Shown: positions 1 to 13,315 of the stretch, in pieces
Numbering within the stretch: position 1 is the stretch's first letter
Layout of the letters: every line of letters begins with the position of its first letter
Assembly (NCBI RefSeq): GCF_001194135.2
Contig: NC_068984.1
Location: 53,361,510 to 53,425,509 of the forward strand
Length of the DNA: 64,000 nucleotides
Direction: 5' to 3'
DNA from: Octopus bimaculoides
Lineage: Eukaryota
Notes under the pieces: model-generated
What the model was told of the DNA's origin: nothing
The model's database searches: none
Seen by the model: only the letters and a program-made list of their open reading frames with translations
Translations under genes and position numbers: made by a program

Positions 1-196
1 ATATGTATGTATGTGTATATATATATATGTATGTATGTGTATATATATATATGTATGTATGTGTATATATATATATGTATGTATGTGTATATATATATGT
101 ATGTATGTGTGTATATGTATGTATATATATGTGTGTGTATATGTATGTATGTATATATATACATATATATATACATGTGTATATGTGTGTGTGTGT
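1..196. repeat. Compound TA/TG microsatellite with a 24-bp higher-order unit (atgtatgtatgtgtatatatatat)
   Basis: About 4 regular 24-mers that then degenerate; they translate as repeated MYVCVYIY. Confidence 0.92.
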
Positions 197-1154
197 AATT
201 TTTTAAAAGCATACTGTCAGTAGCCTTAGAGACATTTTCTCAGTACCCTAAATGCTGCTGCTGTAATCGCTCTTTCTCCTTCTGTCTATAACTGCTTGTC
301 TCCCCTTAAGTTCAGCTGTACTTTTGCTTTTACACATCTTGATTTTCAGTTCGCTTCACAGTCTATTAATGTCTGTGACCTTGTTAGAAAACATCTCACA
401 TAGTGAGAGTGTGCCATTACTTGAGTTAGCTGTTCTCTCTTCACTACTTCCTCCCTCCCTCCCCCCTCTCTCTCTCCCACATCCCTTTTACCATTTATTA
501 GATTTTGGCAAGGTTATTGTTCTGTATATATAATTTTAAAGAAAAAAAAAATTGAAGAGAGAAAAATATCTTTGATATTCATGTAGAAGTCTTTTATCTA
601 AATAATTATTTTTAGTTGCACCTCGTTAGTTTCTTCTGAATATATTATATGTATGATTCCTTCATACATCACTACTCTACTTGCTCTGCTACTATAATCT
701 CATATTTGTTTTTGTAACAGTTCCACATCACTAATTTTCTCACTCCAAGCTGTTTCTGTTTTTCTTTTTTCTCCTTTTGTTTAGTATAAATCATTGTACC
801 TTTTAAACACACCTGGTATTGAGGTTATATTAAGCTACAAACATTTATCATTGAGTTCACATTATTTTTTGAAAATGTGACTTATTGCCTTGTAACCCTG
901 TTGTAGTAGTACATAAAGTAATTTTCTCTCTGATAATGTTATGTAACAATTTTTGCTTGTTAATGTACAGGCTCTAATGAATTAGATACAGGCTTTAACA
1001 TATTAGACAAAAATCTGTATTATTGTGACCTCGTCAATGAAGCATAGTCTTGCTTGAACAAGAGCTACATATCTTAATGTAATAGTGATGAAAAATATGA
1101 AAATATTTCACTTTTTTATTTTTTATATACACATCTTATTACCATATTAACTAA

Positions 1155-1755
1155 TAAATATATGTAACCTTATAGGTTACATATATTTATTAGTTCTCAA
1201 ATAAATAAAAATATTTTAATTTTAATATTCATATTAACTAATATTAACCTATGATATTTATTAGCTTTCTAATAAATATGAATGTGTGTGTGTATATATA
1301 TATATATGTATGTATATATATTGCTATCCACATTTTATAGGTTAGCCAGCCAGCAAGCACAATATACTTTGAAGACTTGCAGTTTTGTTTTCTTGCAACT
1401 CTATTGTATTAGCTCTGCTAGACATGTGTTGTTTGACACACTCCTTATTTCAGTCTATCTGATAAAAGAAATGTTATAACTCCCCCCCCCCCCACACACA
1501 CACAGAGGCTTCTTTTAGTTTCCATCTACCAAATCCAAGCACAAGGTATTGGTGCTCCTAGGGGTATAATAGAAGACACTTACCCATTGTGTCATGCAGT
1601 GGGAGTTATAAGATTTCTTTTATCAGATAGACTGAAGTAAGGAGTGTCAAACAACATGTCTAGCAGAGCTAATACACAGAAAACACTGCTACCCAACAGT
1701 ATAAATACAATAGAGTTGCAAGTCTTCAAAGCATATTGTGCTTGCTGGCTGGCTA

Positions 1756-1793
<38 letters not shown>

Positions 1794-1940
1794 ATACACT
1801 CACACACACACATTTGTATTTATTAGAAAACTAATAAATATCATAGGTTAATATTAGTTAATATGAATATTAAAATAAAAATATTTTTATTTATTTGTGA
1901 ACTAATAAATATATGTAACCTATAAGGTTACATATATTTA
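1155..1940. repeat. Long inverted repeat (foldback) with hairpin-capped ends
   Basis: Arms at about 1155-1484 and 1601-1940 are reverse complements with indels. The spacer is a truncated family-A SINE. Confidence 0.9.
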
Positions 1941-3227
1941 CACACACACACATACATACTACATAGGTGAGTATTTGTGTTTGTCCTCTACTTGATAACT
2001 GGTGTTGATTTGCTTTCATCCCCATAACAACAGTTTTGCGACTGATAGGATGAGAATACAAAACACTGGGGTGCCCAACATGTCTGCAGTCCCATGACTG
2101 AAACCGAAGAGAAAAAAAGCTGCTACTTGAAAAACTCTAAATATCTAACATTTATTTAGTAATAATTCCATCATTACCTTAGTAGGTATAATGAAGGCTG
2201 TGCTTCATTGATGAGTTTACAATGATACAGAAACCTGTTTGAAATTGTTTCCAGTTAGCTTTTTAATCTCTCTGTATTAAATATTTTAAATCAACAATAT
2301 ATGCCTGTCATTGACTGGATATAAAACAGTAAAAACCTTCATTTAATTCTTTACACACACACAAGGGCAGTTCTGTGGGAAGGAAACATTTAACCGGATT
2401 AATACTGGTAAACTATTGGTATTTGTTCTCCAGAATGTCTGGTAAATTAACTCTCGTAGGATTTGAACTTGGAATGAAGAGAGACCCTTATGTTCAGTGT
2501 TCTGTCAACTACTCATTTAATATCAGTACATTTATTTGAAGTTTATTTCATATGAATTGACTGCTAAAAAGTTTTTTTTTTTTATGTAAAACAATTTTTA
2601 GATTAGATAGTATAAATCACCTGTCTGAGATAGAAAAGAGAAACAAGCCTACATGTGGTACTCAAACCATGTATGTATCATTCCCTAATATTTGGAGTTA
2701 AACTTATGGTAGTAGGCTGGCAGAATTTTTAGCACACCAGGTAAATTGCTTAGAAACATTTCATCACTCCTCAGGTTCTGAGTTCAAATTCTGCCAAAGT
2801 CAACTATGCCTTTCATCCTTTCAGGGTCAATAAAATCAGTACCAGTTGAGCACTGAGGTTGATGAAATCGACTTACCCCCTTCCTTGAAACTGCTGACCT
2901 TGTACCAAAATTTGAAGCCAATATTTGGAGTTAAACCTCTCCTGCTCTGCTAAGTAATTGATTATCTCTTAGAGATAAAAATATAACAGTTAAGTGGGGA
3001 GGGGAATGTTAAGTACCTAAACTGAAAGTGAAGGATTGACAGGCTTTCTGTTGTGTGGAATCAGTAATGTGGTTGGAATTGTATCAATAGGTTAGTTTCA
3101 CTTTTCTCTCTAATTTTTATAGTTTATAATATCCATTGTATATTATATGGAACTTTGAAAAATTCTAAATTTTTATGTTGAAATGTATATACTTAATAAC
3201 TGATCTAATTTCATTCCTCTTTTTCAG

Positions 3228-3265
3228 GTTTGCGTGTCGAGGAATGATAAATGCAGTCTTAATTG
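3228..3265 (+). CDS. Putative internal micro-exon (FACRGMINAVLI) of a plus-strand gene entering from upstream of the window
   Basis: Strong acceptor gatctaatttcattcctctttttcag| with a ctaat branch-like motif, donor TG|gtaaaa; 38 nt. The reading frame was chosen by inference. Confidence 0.5.
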
Positions 3266-3862
3266 GTAAAATTAAACTGGCAATTTTTTTAAAATATCAG
3301 TTTGCCAGTATCTTTCCACATGGTTGGAAGAAATAAAAAAAATTGTAAAATGTTTACAAATTCATTTTTGTTATGTTTTTATTTCGTTTTGGGTTTATGA
3401 ATTTCCTATATAAAATTATAGAAAGTCATTTTGTTTAGGGACATTAGAATACAGAATCTTTCAAACAGCAAAATTGTCATCTTCATTCATGCTTTATCTC
3501 CTGTTTTGTGAAAGAAAAAATAAGTATGCAAAACATTTGGGCAGGATTGAAAATTATTTTGCTCTTCACTTTACAAATAATTTTTTAGTTTATTCTTGCT
3601 TTCATTCTTATTGGTTTACAAATTTAAAATCATGTCGATTTTGCAAGCAACATCTAATACTTTGAAATTCCAAGATATGCACAGGTATGGCTGTGTGGTA
3701 AGAAGTTTTGTTTCCTAGCCACATGGTTCTGGGTTCAGTTCCACTGTGTGGTACCTTGGGGAAGTGTCAACTGCTGCCCCATGCCAGTCAAAGCCTTGTG
3801 AGTGGAATTTGTAGACAAAAACTGAAAGAAACCTGTTGTATGTTTGTGTGTATATGTATGTG

Positions 3863-4243
3863 AGAGTGGAGGCGCAATGGCCCAGTGGTTAGGGCAGCGG
3901 ACTCGCGGTCATAGGATTGCAGTTTTGATTCCCAGACCGGGCGTTGTGTTTCTTGAGTGAAAACATCTAAAGCTCCACGAGGCTCCGGCAGGGGATGGTG
4001 GCGAACCCTGCTGTGCTCTTTCACCACAACTTTCTCTCACTCTTACTTCCTGTTTCTGTTGTGTCTGTAATTCAAAGGGGTCAGCCTTGTCACACTGTGT
4101 CATGCTGAATATCCCCGAGAACTACGTTAAGGGTACACATGTCTGTGGAGTGCTCAGCCACTTGCACGTTAATTTTACGAGCAGGCTGTTCCGTTGATCG
4201 GATCAACTGGAACCCTTGACGTCATAAACGACAGAGTGCCAAC
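3863..4243 (+). mobile_element. Young tRNA-derived SINE (family D), nested in an older SINE
   Basis: tRNA-like head (A box tggcccagtggttagg, B-box-like ttgattccc). 11-bp TSD atatgtatgtg at 3852-3862 and 4244-4254. Highly similar to 60481-60868. Confidence 0.92.
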
Positions 4244-5926
4244 ATATGTATGTGTGTCCTTGTCTTGATATCATGATAGTTGTAAATGAATGTCACTGTC
4301 ACAAAAGCAGTGTATCAGTGACAGAGTTATAGTTTTGCAAAATATTTTGCTCTCTGTTATTTGTTTACAAATTAAAAATCTTCTCTTTTGCAAGTAACGT
4401 CTAATACCTTGAAATTCAAAGATATACATTGTTGTTTAGATCCAAATTTACCCCAGTTGAGCAAACCTACAATCAGATGTTCTGACCAGAACCATCCCAG
4501 TTTTTCTTATTCTAGGTCTCTTTTGCTTAAAGATGCTGAGGTGTGATTTAAGGAAGATTTGTCTACTATTTCTGACATGTCAAATGACCAAGTAGCTGTT
4601 CCTTTGGCTTGAGATACATTGTGTTTATTTATCAATTACAACTCTCTCTTAATGTGTTCTACATGAATTAAAATTTACACATCCTTTTCCAGCATTTGGT
4701 CATCTATCACAGACATCACAAATGTGTTCTATATTTTTAGTTCTTAAGAAAAGCAGTTTTCAAACCTTTCATATGTACTATTGTCTTGTGTGATATCATT
4801 AGCTCAAATTTATTTGCCAATAGCTAGTAGCAGGTTACTTGCTTCTTAGAGCAGCGAACTACTGTGTTATTGAAGATGACTGTAGTCTTTTACTTGTTTC
4901 AGTCATTAGACTGTGGCCATGCGGGAGCACTGCTTTGAATTTTTTAGTTGAACTAATCAACCCCTGTACTTTCTTTTTAAACCTGGTACTTATTCTATCA
5001 GTTTCTTTTGCCAAACTGCTAAGTTACAGGGACATAAACACGCTAGCATCAGTTGTCAAGCAGTTTCTTTCAGTTTCTGCTCACAAGACTTGGATTGGCC
5101 TGAGGCTATAGTAGAAGACACTTGTCCAAGGTGCCACACAGTGGGATTGAACCTGGAACCGTGTAGTTGGGAAGCAAACTTCTTCCAGCCAGCCACACCT
5201 ACAAGGCTAAAATATTTCATGCTAAAGTCAAGCAGTTCTTCACATGACATTTTTTAATTATCACCATTATCAAGATTATTTTCATAATAATAGTTGGAGA
5301 GCAAATATGGAAGAAATTACTGATTTCAAACAACTTGTGGCTGTCTTTCATTCTCCATTCAGTTGACAATCTCCATGCTATAGGTTTGCTCAAAGTTGTG
5401 ATGCAAACCACTTTCCTTATTGCATTTCAAAGGGTCTCACCCACATTCTGAGCCCGATTCTTTTTCCATGGTTGGTACTTTAAAGAAACATTACTTGTAT
5501 ATTAAATAAACTACCATTTCAGTGAGGATTATTTACTAGGCTTGCTACAGTGGGTTAGTATATTAGTTGTGAGTTGTATGACTAATGAAAGTAAGTGGGT
5601 ACAAGAAACCTGCAATTTTTGTATCAAATGAGCAGCTATGAGAAAAATAGTACCTGAATCTTTCTCAATGAAATTTAAAATGAATCACAGATTTGAGCTG
5701 AGTGTAATGAAATCGATCGTTAAGAGTTAAAGAAAGATTGACATATTTAAAGATAAGCAGCAACTACTACTGTTGCTACTAAAGTGGTTATTAGCAGCAG
5801 TTTCCTGGATATACACCAGTTCAATTGTATATAGTGATATGTAAGAGAATATACTACTTTGGTTTCAGATGTATTGAATCTATTTTAGTGAATATGTTGA
5901 ATAAAATAATGATTGTGTATGTTTAG

Positions 5927-5961
5927 GCATTCTCATACTGCTTTGGCTCAATGTTCCCTAG
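5927..5961 (+). CDS. Putative terminal exon ((G)ILILLWLNVP*) completing a C-terminal hydrophobic helix
   Basis: gtgtatgtttag| acceptor, phase-compatible with 3228-3265, giving MINAVLIGILILLWLNVP*. An ATTAAA follows near 5996. Confidence 0.35.
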
Positions 5962-7180
5962 TGGCTATAAAGTAGATAATTATTGCTACCACCTAATTAA
6001 AGATTTTACTTGTTGCAAAATTGACCTCCCAGTTAATGAGTTTATTTCTTTTATGTGACCCTAGATTTCAACCAACAAATTAACTAATGAGAGAACCTCT
6101 ATATGGTTGCTTGGTCCAAGCAGCTAAAACTTCCCTCAAATCACATCCTAATGTCTAAAATAGAAAAAGAAAACACAAACTAATGTTTTCCTAGATAGAC
6201 TATGAGTGGAATGTCTTTAATCATAGGTCTGCTTGATAAAAACTAACCTGGAATTAAACAACAACAATAGCCATTAAACCAATGTCAGAACTATACTACC
6301 TAATCACTTGACCTGCTCAATCAAGCAGTCAAACAGCAAGTAAGCACTCTGTCTATAAAATAAATATTTACCTCAAGTCCTACATTTTTTTTGTATATCT
6401 TTTACTTGTTTCAGTCATTTGACTGCACCACCTTGAAAGGTTTTAGACAAACAAATTGACTCCAGGACTTTTTTTTTAAGCTGGGTACTTATTCCATTGG
6501 ATCTCTTTTGCTGATCTGCTGAGTTACAGAGATGTAAACACACCAACAGTTTGTCAGGCAGTGGTGGGGTACAAACACAAAGGTACACACACACATATAT
6601 ATACAATGGGCTTCTTCCAGTTTCTGTCTACCAAATCTACTCACAAGGCTATAATAGAAGACACCCAAGATGCCATGCAGTGGGACTGAGCCTGGTACCA
6701 TGTGGTTGGGAAGCAAGCTTCTATGACACAGCCACATCTGCGCTTATATATTAATGATATAGAATATTTATTTTACCAACTACTTCAGTATCATAAATAT
6801 TCCTGAGCAAATTCATGATGGCTGATGGCAAACAGACATTTACTTTTACATATGTTATAAATATTAATCCTCTCTTACCCAGTTGGGAAAGTGTTCTCAC
6901 ATCTAAGCACTATATAAGCCACCCTTTTATCTATTATCTTTGTCTTGTTTCTTTAAGATGCATTTCTCGCAGTTCACCTTCGACTGCTTTACATAGGACA
7001 TTCTTTAAGCATCTAGGATTTTGCTTACCAGATGGTCTTGATCTTTTGATATCCTGCCCTGGTACATTCTAAGTGCATGGCCTAACCATCTGAACTGCTG
7101 GTGTTCCAGATCACTGATCATGTGCTATTTGAACCTTTAATGGACAAGGAAATGTGGCAGATTTTTGTCATGCACAAATA

Positions 7181-7401
7181 TAATAGGGTGCTGAAAAGTT
7201 CCCAGCTTTGGGTAAAAGAAAAGACAGGAGGATCAGTTAATTACGATTTTATTTAAACATATTTCCCTCTCAGATTCACTCACTTATTGCAGAGGCCCTT
7301 CAGGTTTTCTAAGCCTTGTAAAAGAACTCAGAAGGTTGGGCCTTTAATCAGGCCTTTTGCATATACCCTTAAAGTTAAGAACTTTTCAGCACCCCCTTAT
7401 A
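7181..7401. mobile_element. Mariner-type MITE
   Basis: TIRs gggtgctgaaaagttc / gaacttttcagcaccc near TA dinucleotides. Confidence 0.78.
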
Positions 7402-10400
7402 AATGAAAGCATTGACCTTACTCGTATTTCCTCCTTTTGCTACTTACCAGCATTCCGAATTTTCTTTTTTTATGAATGTAAGTTCAAACATTAAAACTAT
7501 TTCTTAGCTGTATCATATAATTTTCTTGAATTATCTTCAGATTTCATTTAACACCTCAACTTGAAACAACTTAGTGGATAAGATTACTGGCTTCATGGGT
7601 TATATACTGAACATTGAAATCTTCTGCAGATATTTGCGTATTGTTTAGCCCCAGGTCGATCCTAAATAAGAACCATATCGCATATGAGAGAGATTTGATT
7701 GTTATTTCTACCACACAGAAATTGAGTAGGATAATTTTAGCTTGTCTAGATATTAAAAATATGTTTAGAATTTTCTGGAAAGGAGGCCAATAGGAGTGAC
7801 CACAATTTAAAGCTGGTTTCTAATGAAAACAGAAACAATTTGATATCCTTTGTTGCACTTCTACATGAGGTGGAGGATAGTGTTTATCTTTCACTGTGTT
7901 CTAAATCTACTTAGTAATTCGTCTGTTAAATTGCATAATTAAAGCCAACTGTTCAGTCTACATCTAATTTAATGTTAGTTTGTCAATCAGCAGTTTATAC
8001 TAACAAACTTTTTGTATTACACTTGATTTGTTTTTTAAGAAATATACTTTAGGGAGTTGTTGCATAATCCTAGATTAATTCTGACTGAGTCAACTTATGA
8101 CTAAAGACATTCCATCTATGACCACCCTGCCTTTGTTGCAGGGGAGTATGCATTGTATTACCTTAGCTGCTCCTCAACTACTGGTAGAGTTGTAGAGGTC
8201 CTGTTGTGATATAAGGCCGGGCTTCATCATCATAGCCTGGTGGAACTCAACCCTTGCCAAGTTTTACAATCAGTTTCTTTAGAGACAACAGGAAGAATCA
8301 ACCCCAGTCTCAAGGATTAGAAGGCAAGGTTGACTTAGGCAGGATTTTAACTCAGTGCAGAGATCAGGAATGAATACTGCAAAAGAATTGTAATCAAAAC
8401 TCTAATGAGCCTGCTTATTCACCATCTAGGACTACATAAATCAACATGCCTTTTCTTTATTTAAAATAGTCACATGCAATTTGAAGGACATTGGGTTATT
8501 ATTTCTAATCTGAAGTAATATAATTTATGTGGCTCAAGATGAATATGAACTTACAGTCTGAAAGATTGTAGTATTGAAATAAATCACATCATAAATATAA
8601 TGACAGTCTACCACAACTAAGTTTCCCATAAAACTCTAGTACAAATTCTATAACTATACATCTAGGTGAGCTGAAACAAGACTGATTTTCTTGAATACAT
8701 AACAAAACACTTGCTACAGTGGTGAAATACAAAGCCATACATATTCTTTTCAAATGATGTGAATAAAACAGTAAAATGAGATGGATGCCTGGAATTTCTT
8801 GCTTAGTCAGGAGTGAAGTGTAATTCCTATGATTCTTTAGAGTCTATGAGATTGGTGTGTATGTAGAAAGGAAGATGTTCTTAAACTGGAGATGGCCTGA
8901 ATATTTAAAACAGTGGAGTCTACTAGAAGCACCCTAGAACCAGATGGTGGTTGGCAATGGATTGAGTCTATGACTCATTAGGCTATGCTGGAGATTTGAA
9001 CTTAGAATGCAAATAACTAGAGCAATAATGCAAGGTAGCCTCTCCACCACTTCCGATTACTGGTACTTTATTTTATCAATTGCAGGGAGAAATTTGACCT
9101 TGACAGGATTAGCAATAGGAATGCAAGAAGCTGACATTTTCTCTGATGCTCTAACAATAGCCACTTCACAGGTCAGTTGAATTATGGGGTCATGTAGCAT
9201 GCAACTGCATTCATCATCTGTTGGTATATTCCCAGATTCTCTCGGGTGACCCATTGAGCAGAGTCCCAGTCAGTCCATATCTCTACAAGACACCTCTTCA
9301 TCTGCTGTAATCATGTGGTATGTGGTCGACCAACACAAGCCGTCAACCCAGCTGGATCCTCAGTGAAGAGAACATGGCAAGCAGGGTCTAACTCAGAAAA
9401 TCAAGCAACAAGGCTAAACAGTCTGAGTTGGTGCTCCCGAATCGTACAAGTAACTGGATGCAGCTGAGTAGTTGGTTGGATACGAAATCTGACAAATGAT
9501 AATCCATAATCCTACGAAGTGCCCTGGAACCAAAGGAGTTCAGGTGGCTCTCCTAAGAGCCCTGGACAATGTCCAAATCTCACAAATTTAGAGCAGGACA
9601 GATACTTTAGGACCCAAACCTTTGTCCTCCTGCTCAGAAGATATCAGCATCCTTTTCCAATGAGTTCACAACTGCATCATCTTGTCCAAGTCTTTATCAC
9701 AGAATTAAAATAAATTGCAGTATGTTGGCCTATCTTTATTATGTCCATTTAATGTATGTGTCAGGCACAAAGTGCAAATAAAATGTTTGCGTGTTTGGTG
9801 GCAACACTATCTCAAGCAAGTACTCCAAATGGTTGCATTTAAGGTTGTGAATGATCAGCAACTGATGAAGGCTGCATTATTTTCTAGTCCTGAAAGGAAA
9901 AACAGCTGGCCTTTTTTTTCTTCAGGGCTCAAACCAATGTAGTTTTGATACTTTAATAGCTGTATGGTTGCTATGAATAATCAATAGGGATTGAAAAGTT
10001 AAATATCTGTAAGAGTTTTAACTATGTCTTCATAACTAAAGTTACAACAATGCTTATTTGATGTGCAAAATTAATTTTGGTGTTGTTGAAAAAGAAGAAA
10101 TGCAGCTAAGCATCACCTTATCTCCTTGTTTAATAATCCTTTCTATTATAGGCATAAGGCCTGAAATTTTAGAAGAGGTGAATAGTCAATTACATCAACC
10201 CCAGTGCTCAACTGGTACTTATTTTATTGACCTTGAAAGGATGAAAGGCAAAGTTGACCTTGGTGGAATTTGAACTCAGAACATAAAGCTAGAAGAAATG
10301 TTACCAAGCATTTAGTCCAGCATGCTAACAATTCTAGGTTGTCATGTCTTTGAAACATATTTTCAAGGTGATTATTCATTGAAACAATGCATGCATCCAT

Positions 10401-11486
10401 ATTGCACATGGATGATAACTGCGTGCAAAAGGTGAACATGCATCATTAGTGTAATAGTGTTAAGTTAGAAATAAAAGCAACTATTTCATTAATATATGAA
10501 GAAATTTAGGGAAGGGACATAACCTAATAATGAAGTGCATCTGAGTTGTTAGAATATGATTCTACAGAAACTGTATCAGTGTTTGCTGAGAAGGGAAAGA
10601 GAATGAAAGTGATAAGGGATGTGGTCATTAATGACAGTTCGTATCACTTTTGCAATGTTAGAAGTGAGGGAGATATATTGGTAGTTGGCAGTGTGAGATT
10701 GACTGTCCCTTTTTCAAATATGAGACACACTATTGCTTGTTTCAACAAGTTGTGATGGATCCCTGTAGAGGAAGTAAAGATTGAAATGTTTGGTGGAGTG
10801 CCAGGGCTAGAGGTATTTTTTCACTTGTGATTGGATTTCGTTGTATATATGTATGTACACACACATATGTGTATATGTGTTTGTGCATGCATGCGTGCGT
10901 GTAAGCAACATTGACAGGAAATCAGGATCTTTATTTGCAGAAGTACTACTTAATTAGAAAACTGTATTATTTATACATTTTCGAGGATCATTAATAGACT
11001 AAGGAAGGTGAAATGGCTTTCAACTATAAATCAAATTCTTACTCTATCTTACTCATTAATGTGCGTTACAATTAACATGTGCAATAAAGCTGGGTAAGTC
11101 TTCAGAAATGGTGAAAAACCAGACTAAATACCTCTTAGAACTTAGTTTTACTACTCTGAGTTCAAATCAACAATCAATAAAATAAGTGCTAGCATTATAT
11201 TGAGGTTGAGTTACTCTGCTATAGCTCTCCCAAACAAGATGTGATCATATGCTTAATTAAAAGAAATCAATATTAATGTATATAGTGATAATAGCAGCAG
11301 TTTATGTAGGAAAAAAAATCTATCACTTATTACTGAGAAAATATGTGAAAATGAAGTCATTTATCAGAATTAATTAATCATATAAATTTTATATGGTAAT
11401 GTAATTAATTGTTTTTGCTTCTTTTTCTCTTTTAGTTTCTGGTTTAAATATCTGTGAAACAGTATTCTTCTAGTTGCTTGATCTCA

Positions 11487-11613
11487 TCAAGAAATATACC
11501 AATTCCATTTACTTTCATCGTCATCATCATCATCTTCATTACAGTCTGTGTGATATTCATTGTCCACTTGATTACCAAGATGTTTTCTAGAATATATTTT
11601 TCTCCAAATTCTC
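11487..11613 (-). CDS. C6orf118: C6orf118-like terminal coding exon 7 (RIWRKIYSRKHLGNQVDNEYHTDCNEDDDDDDESKWNWYIS*)
   Basis: catttttttttacag-type polypyrimidine acceptor, phase 2 start, TGA at 11489-11487. The seven exons total 1389 nt (462 aa plus stop). Confidence 0.83.
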
Positions 11614-11642
11614 CTGTAAAAAAAATGAAATTATTTATTTAA

Positions 11643-12034
11643 CCTTTTAGCATTCAGATAACTCAGTCAAATATAAAACTTTTTTTTATTCACATTCATC
11701 CTCATCCTCATTTAACATCCGCTTTCCATGCTGGCATGGGTCAGATGGTTTGACTGGGGCTGGTAAGCTAGAGAACTGCACCAGGTTCCAGTCTGATTTG
11801 GCATGATTTCTGTGACTGGATGCCTTTCTTAATACCAACCACTCCAAGAGTGTAATGAATGCTTTTTATGTGCCACCAGCACGAGTGCCAGTTACATGAG
11901 ACTGGCATCAGCCACAACTATGATTTCACTTGGCTGACATTGTTGGATTGGTGTGAGAGGCTAGATCTGACCAGTTTAAACATAAAACAGGTAGACTCTT
12001 CAGGTTGGATATGGCTAATTTAAATGCTAAAAGG
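11643..12034. mobile_element. piggyBac-type MITE with a nested SINE
   Basis: TIRs ccttttagcatt / aatgctaaaagg with TTAA on both sides. A (cat)n-tailed SINE occupies about 11695-11935. Confidence 0.85.
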
Positions 12035-13247
12035 TTAAATAATGAATTAACTACAGTATTATTAATTAACAATATAATAATTGCTTCTAATTTAGACATA
12101 AGCCTAGCAGTTTTGAGGAGAGGGTTTACTTGATACTATGAAACCCAGTGGTTGACTGATATGTTATTTTATTGACCCCAGTACATAACTGGTACTAATT
12201 TATTGGTTCCAGAGGGATGAAAAGGAAAGTTGATTTCAAATCAGAATGTAAGGAGCCAGAACAAATACCAGGGAATTTTATCTGACACCCTAGTGATTAT
12301 GTCAATAATAATAAAGGTTTCTAAAATAGACACAAGGCATGAAATTGTGGGAGTCAGTATTAATCAATTCAATCAACCTCAGAGGAATGAAAGGTACAGT
12401 TGGCCTCAATGGAATTTGAACTCAGAATGTAAAGCCAGAGGAAATGCTGTCTAGCATGCTAACAATTCTGCTAATTTGTCATCTTATCTCCCTGTCTAAT
12501 GATCCTTTCTACTATATTTTCTAAATTTTGGAAGAGAAGAATAGTCAATTACATCAAACCTAGTGATGAGCTGGTACTTATTTTATTGACCCCGAAAGGA
12601 TGAACGGCAAAATCGACCTTGGTGGAATTTGAACTCAGAACATAAAGTCAGGAAAAATACTGCCAAGTATTTAGTCCAGTGTGCTAGCAATTCTGCTGAC
12701 TTGCCATTTTGTTCCCTAGTCTAATAATGACCTCAAATTTTGACACAAGGCCAGCAGTTTGGTGGGAGGGACTAAGTTAATTAAACTGGCTCCAGTGTTC
12801 AACTGGTACTTATTCAAACAGACAAACTTTCTCTCCTTACAAATTTGTGATCATGTACTAATGTTAGAACACATTTTTTTAGAGTTAAATCTTACAAAGA
12901 TTGACTTTTCATTTTATTCGCTATTTTAAAAGCACTCAGCACACTCTGTAAAGTGGTTGGTGTTAGGAAGAGCATCCAGTCATAGAAACCAAGCCAAATC
13001 AGATTATGGAACCTGGTGCAGTTCTTCTGCTTACCAACTCTAGTCAAGCTATCCAACCCATACCAGCACAGAAAACAGATGTTAAAGCATGATGATGACA
13101 ATGATGATGGTGATGATGATGTTGATAATGAGCTATAAAATAGTTCCAGGCAAGTATAGATTCATTCAAATAGACTACACTTCTCTCCTACGAATGTTTG
13201 GTCTTGTGCCAATATTAGAATACAATTTTTCAAGTTGTTGTTGTTGA

Positions 13248-13315
<68 letters not shown>
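13248..13315. repeat. (TAC)n microsatellite
   Basis: Uninterrupted tac run of about 22 units. Confidence 0.97.

Noticed and set aside
3863-3940. tRNA-like sequences with A and B boxes (also at 60790-60868, 62050-62120, 63500-63575)
   Set aside because: They are SINE heads continuous with SINE bodies and TSDs. I saw no complete cloverleaf or Pol III terminator, so they are not called tRNA genes.
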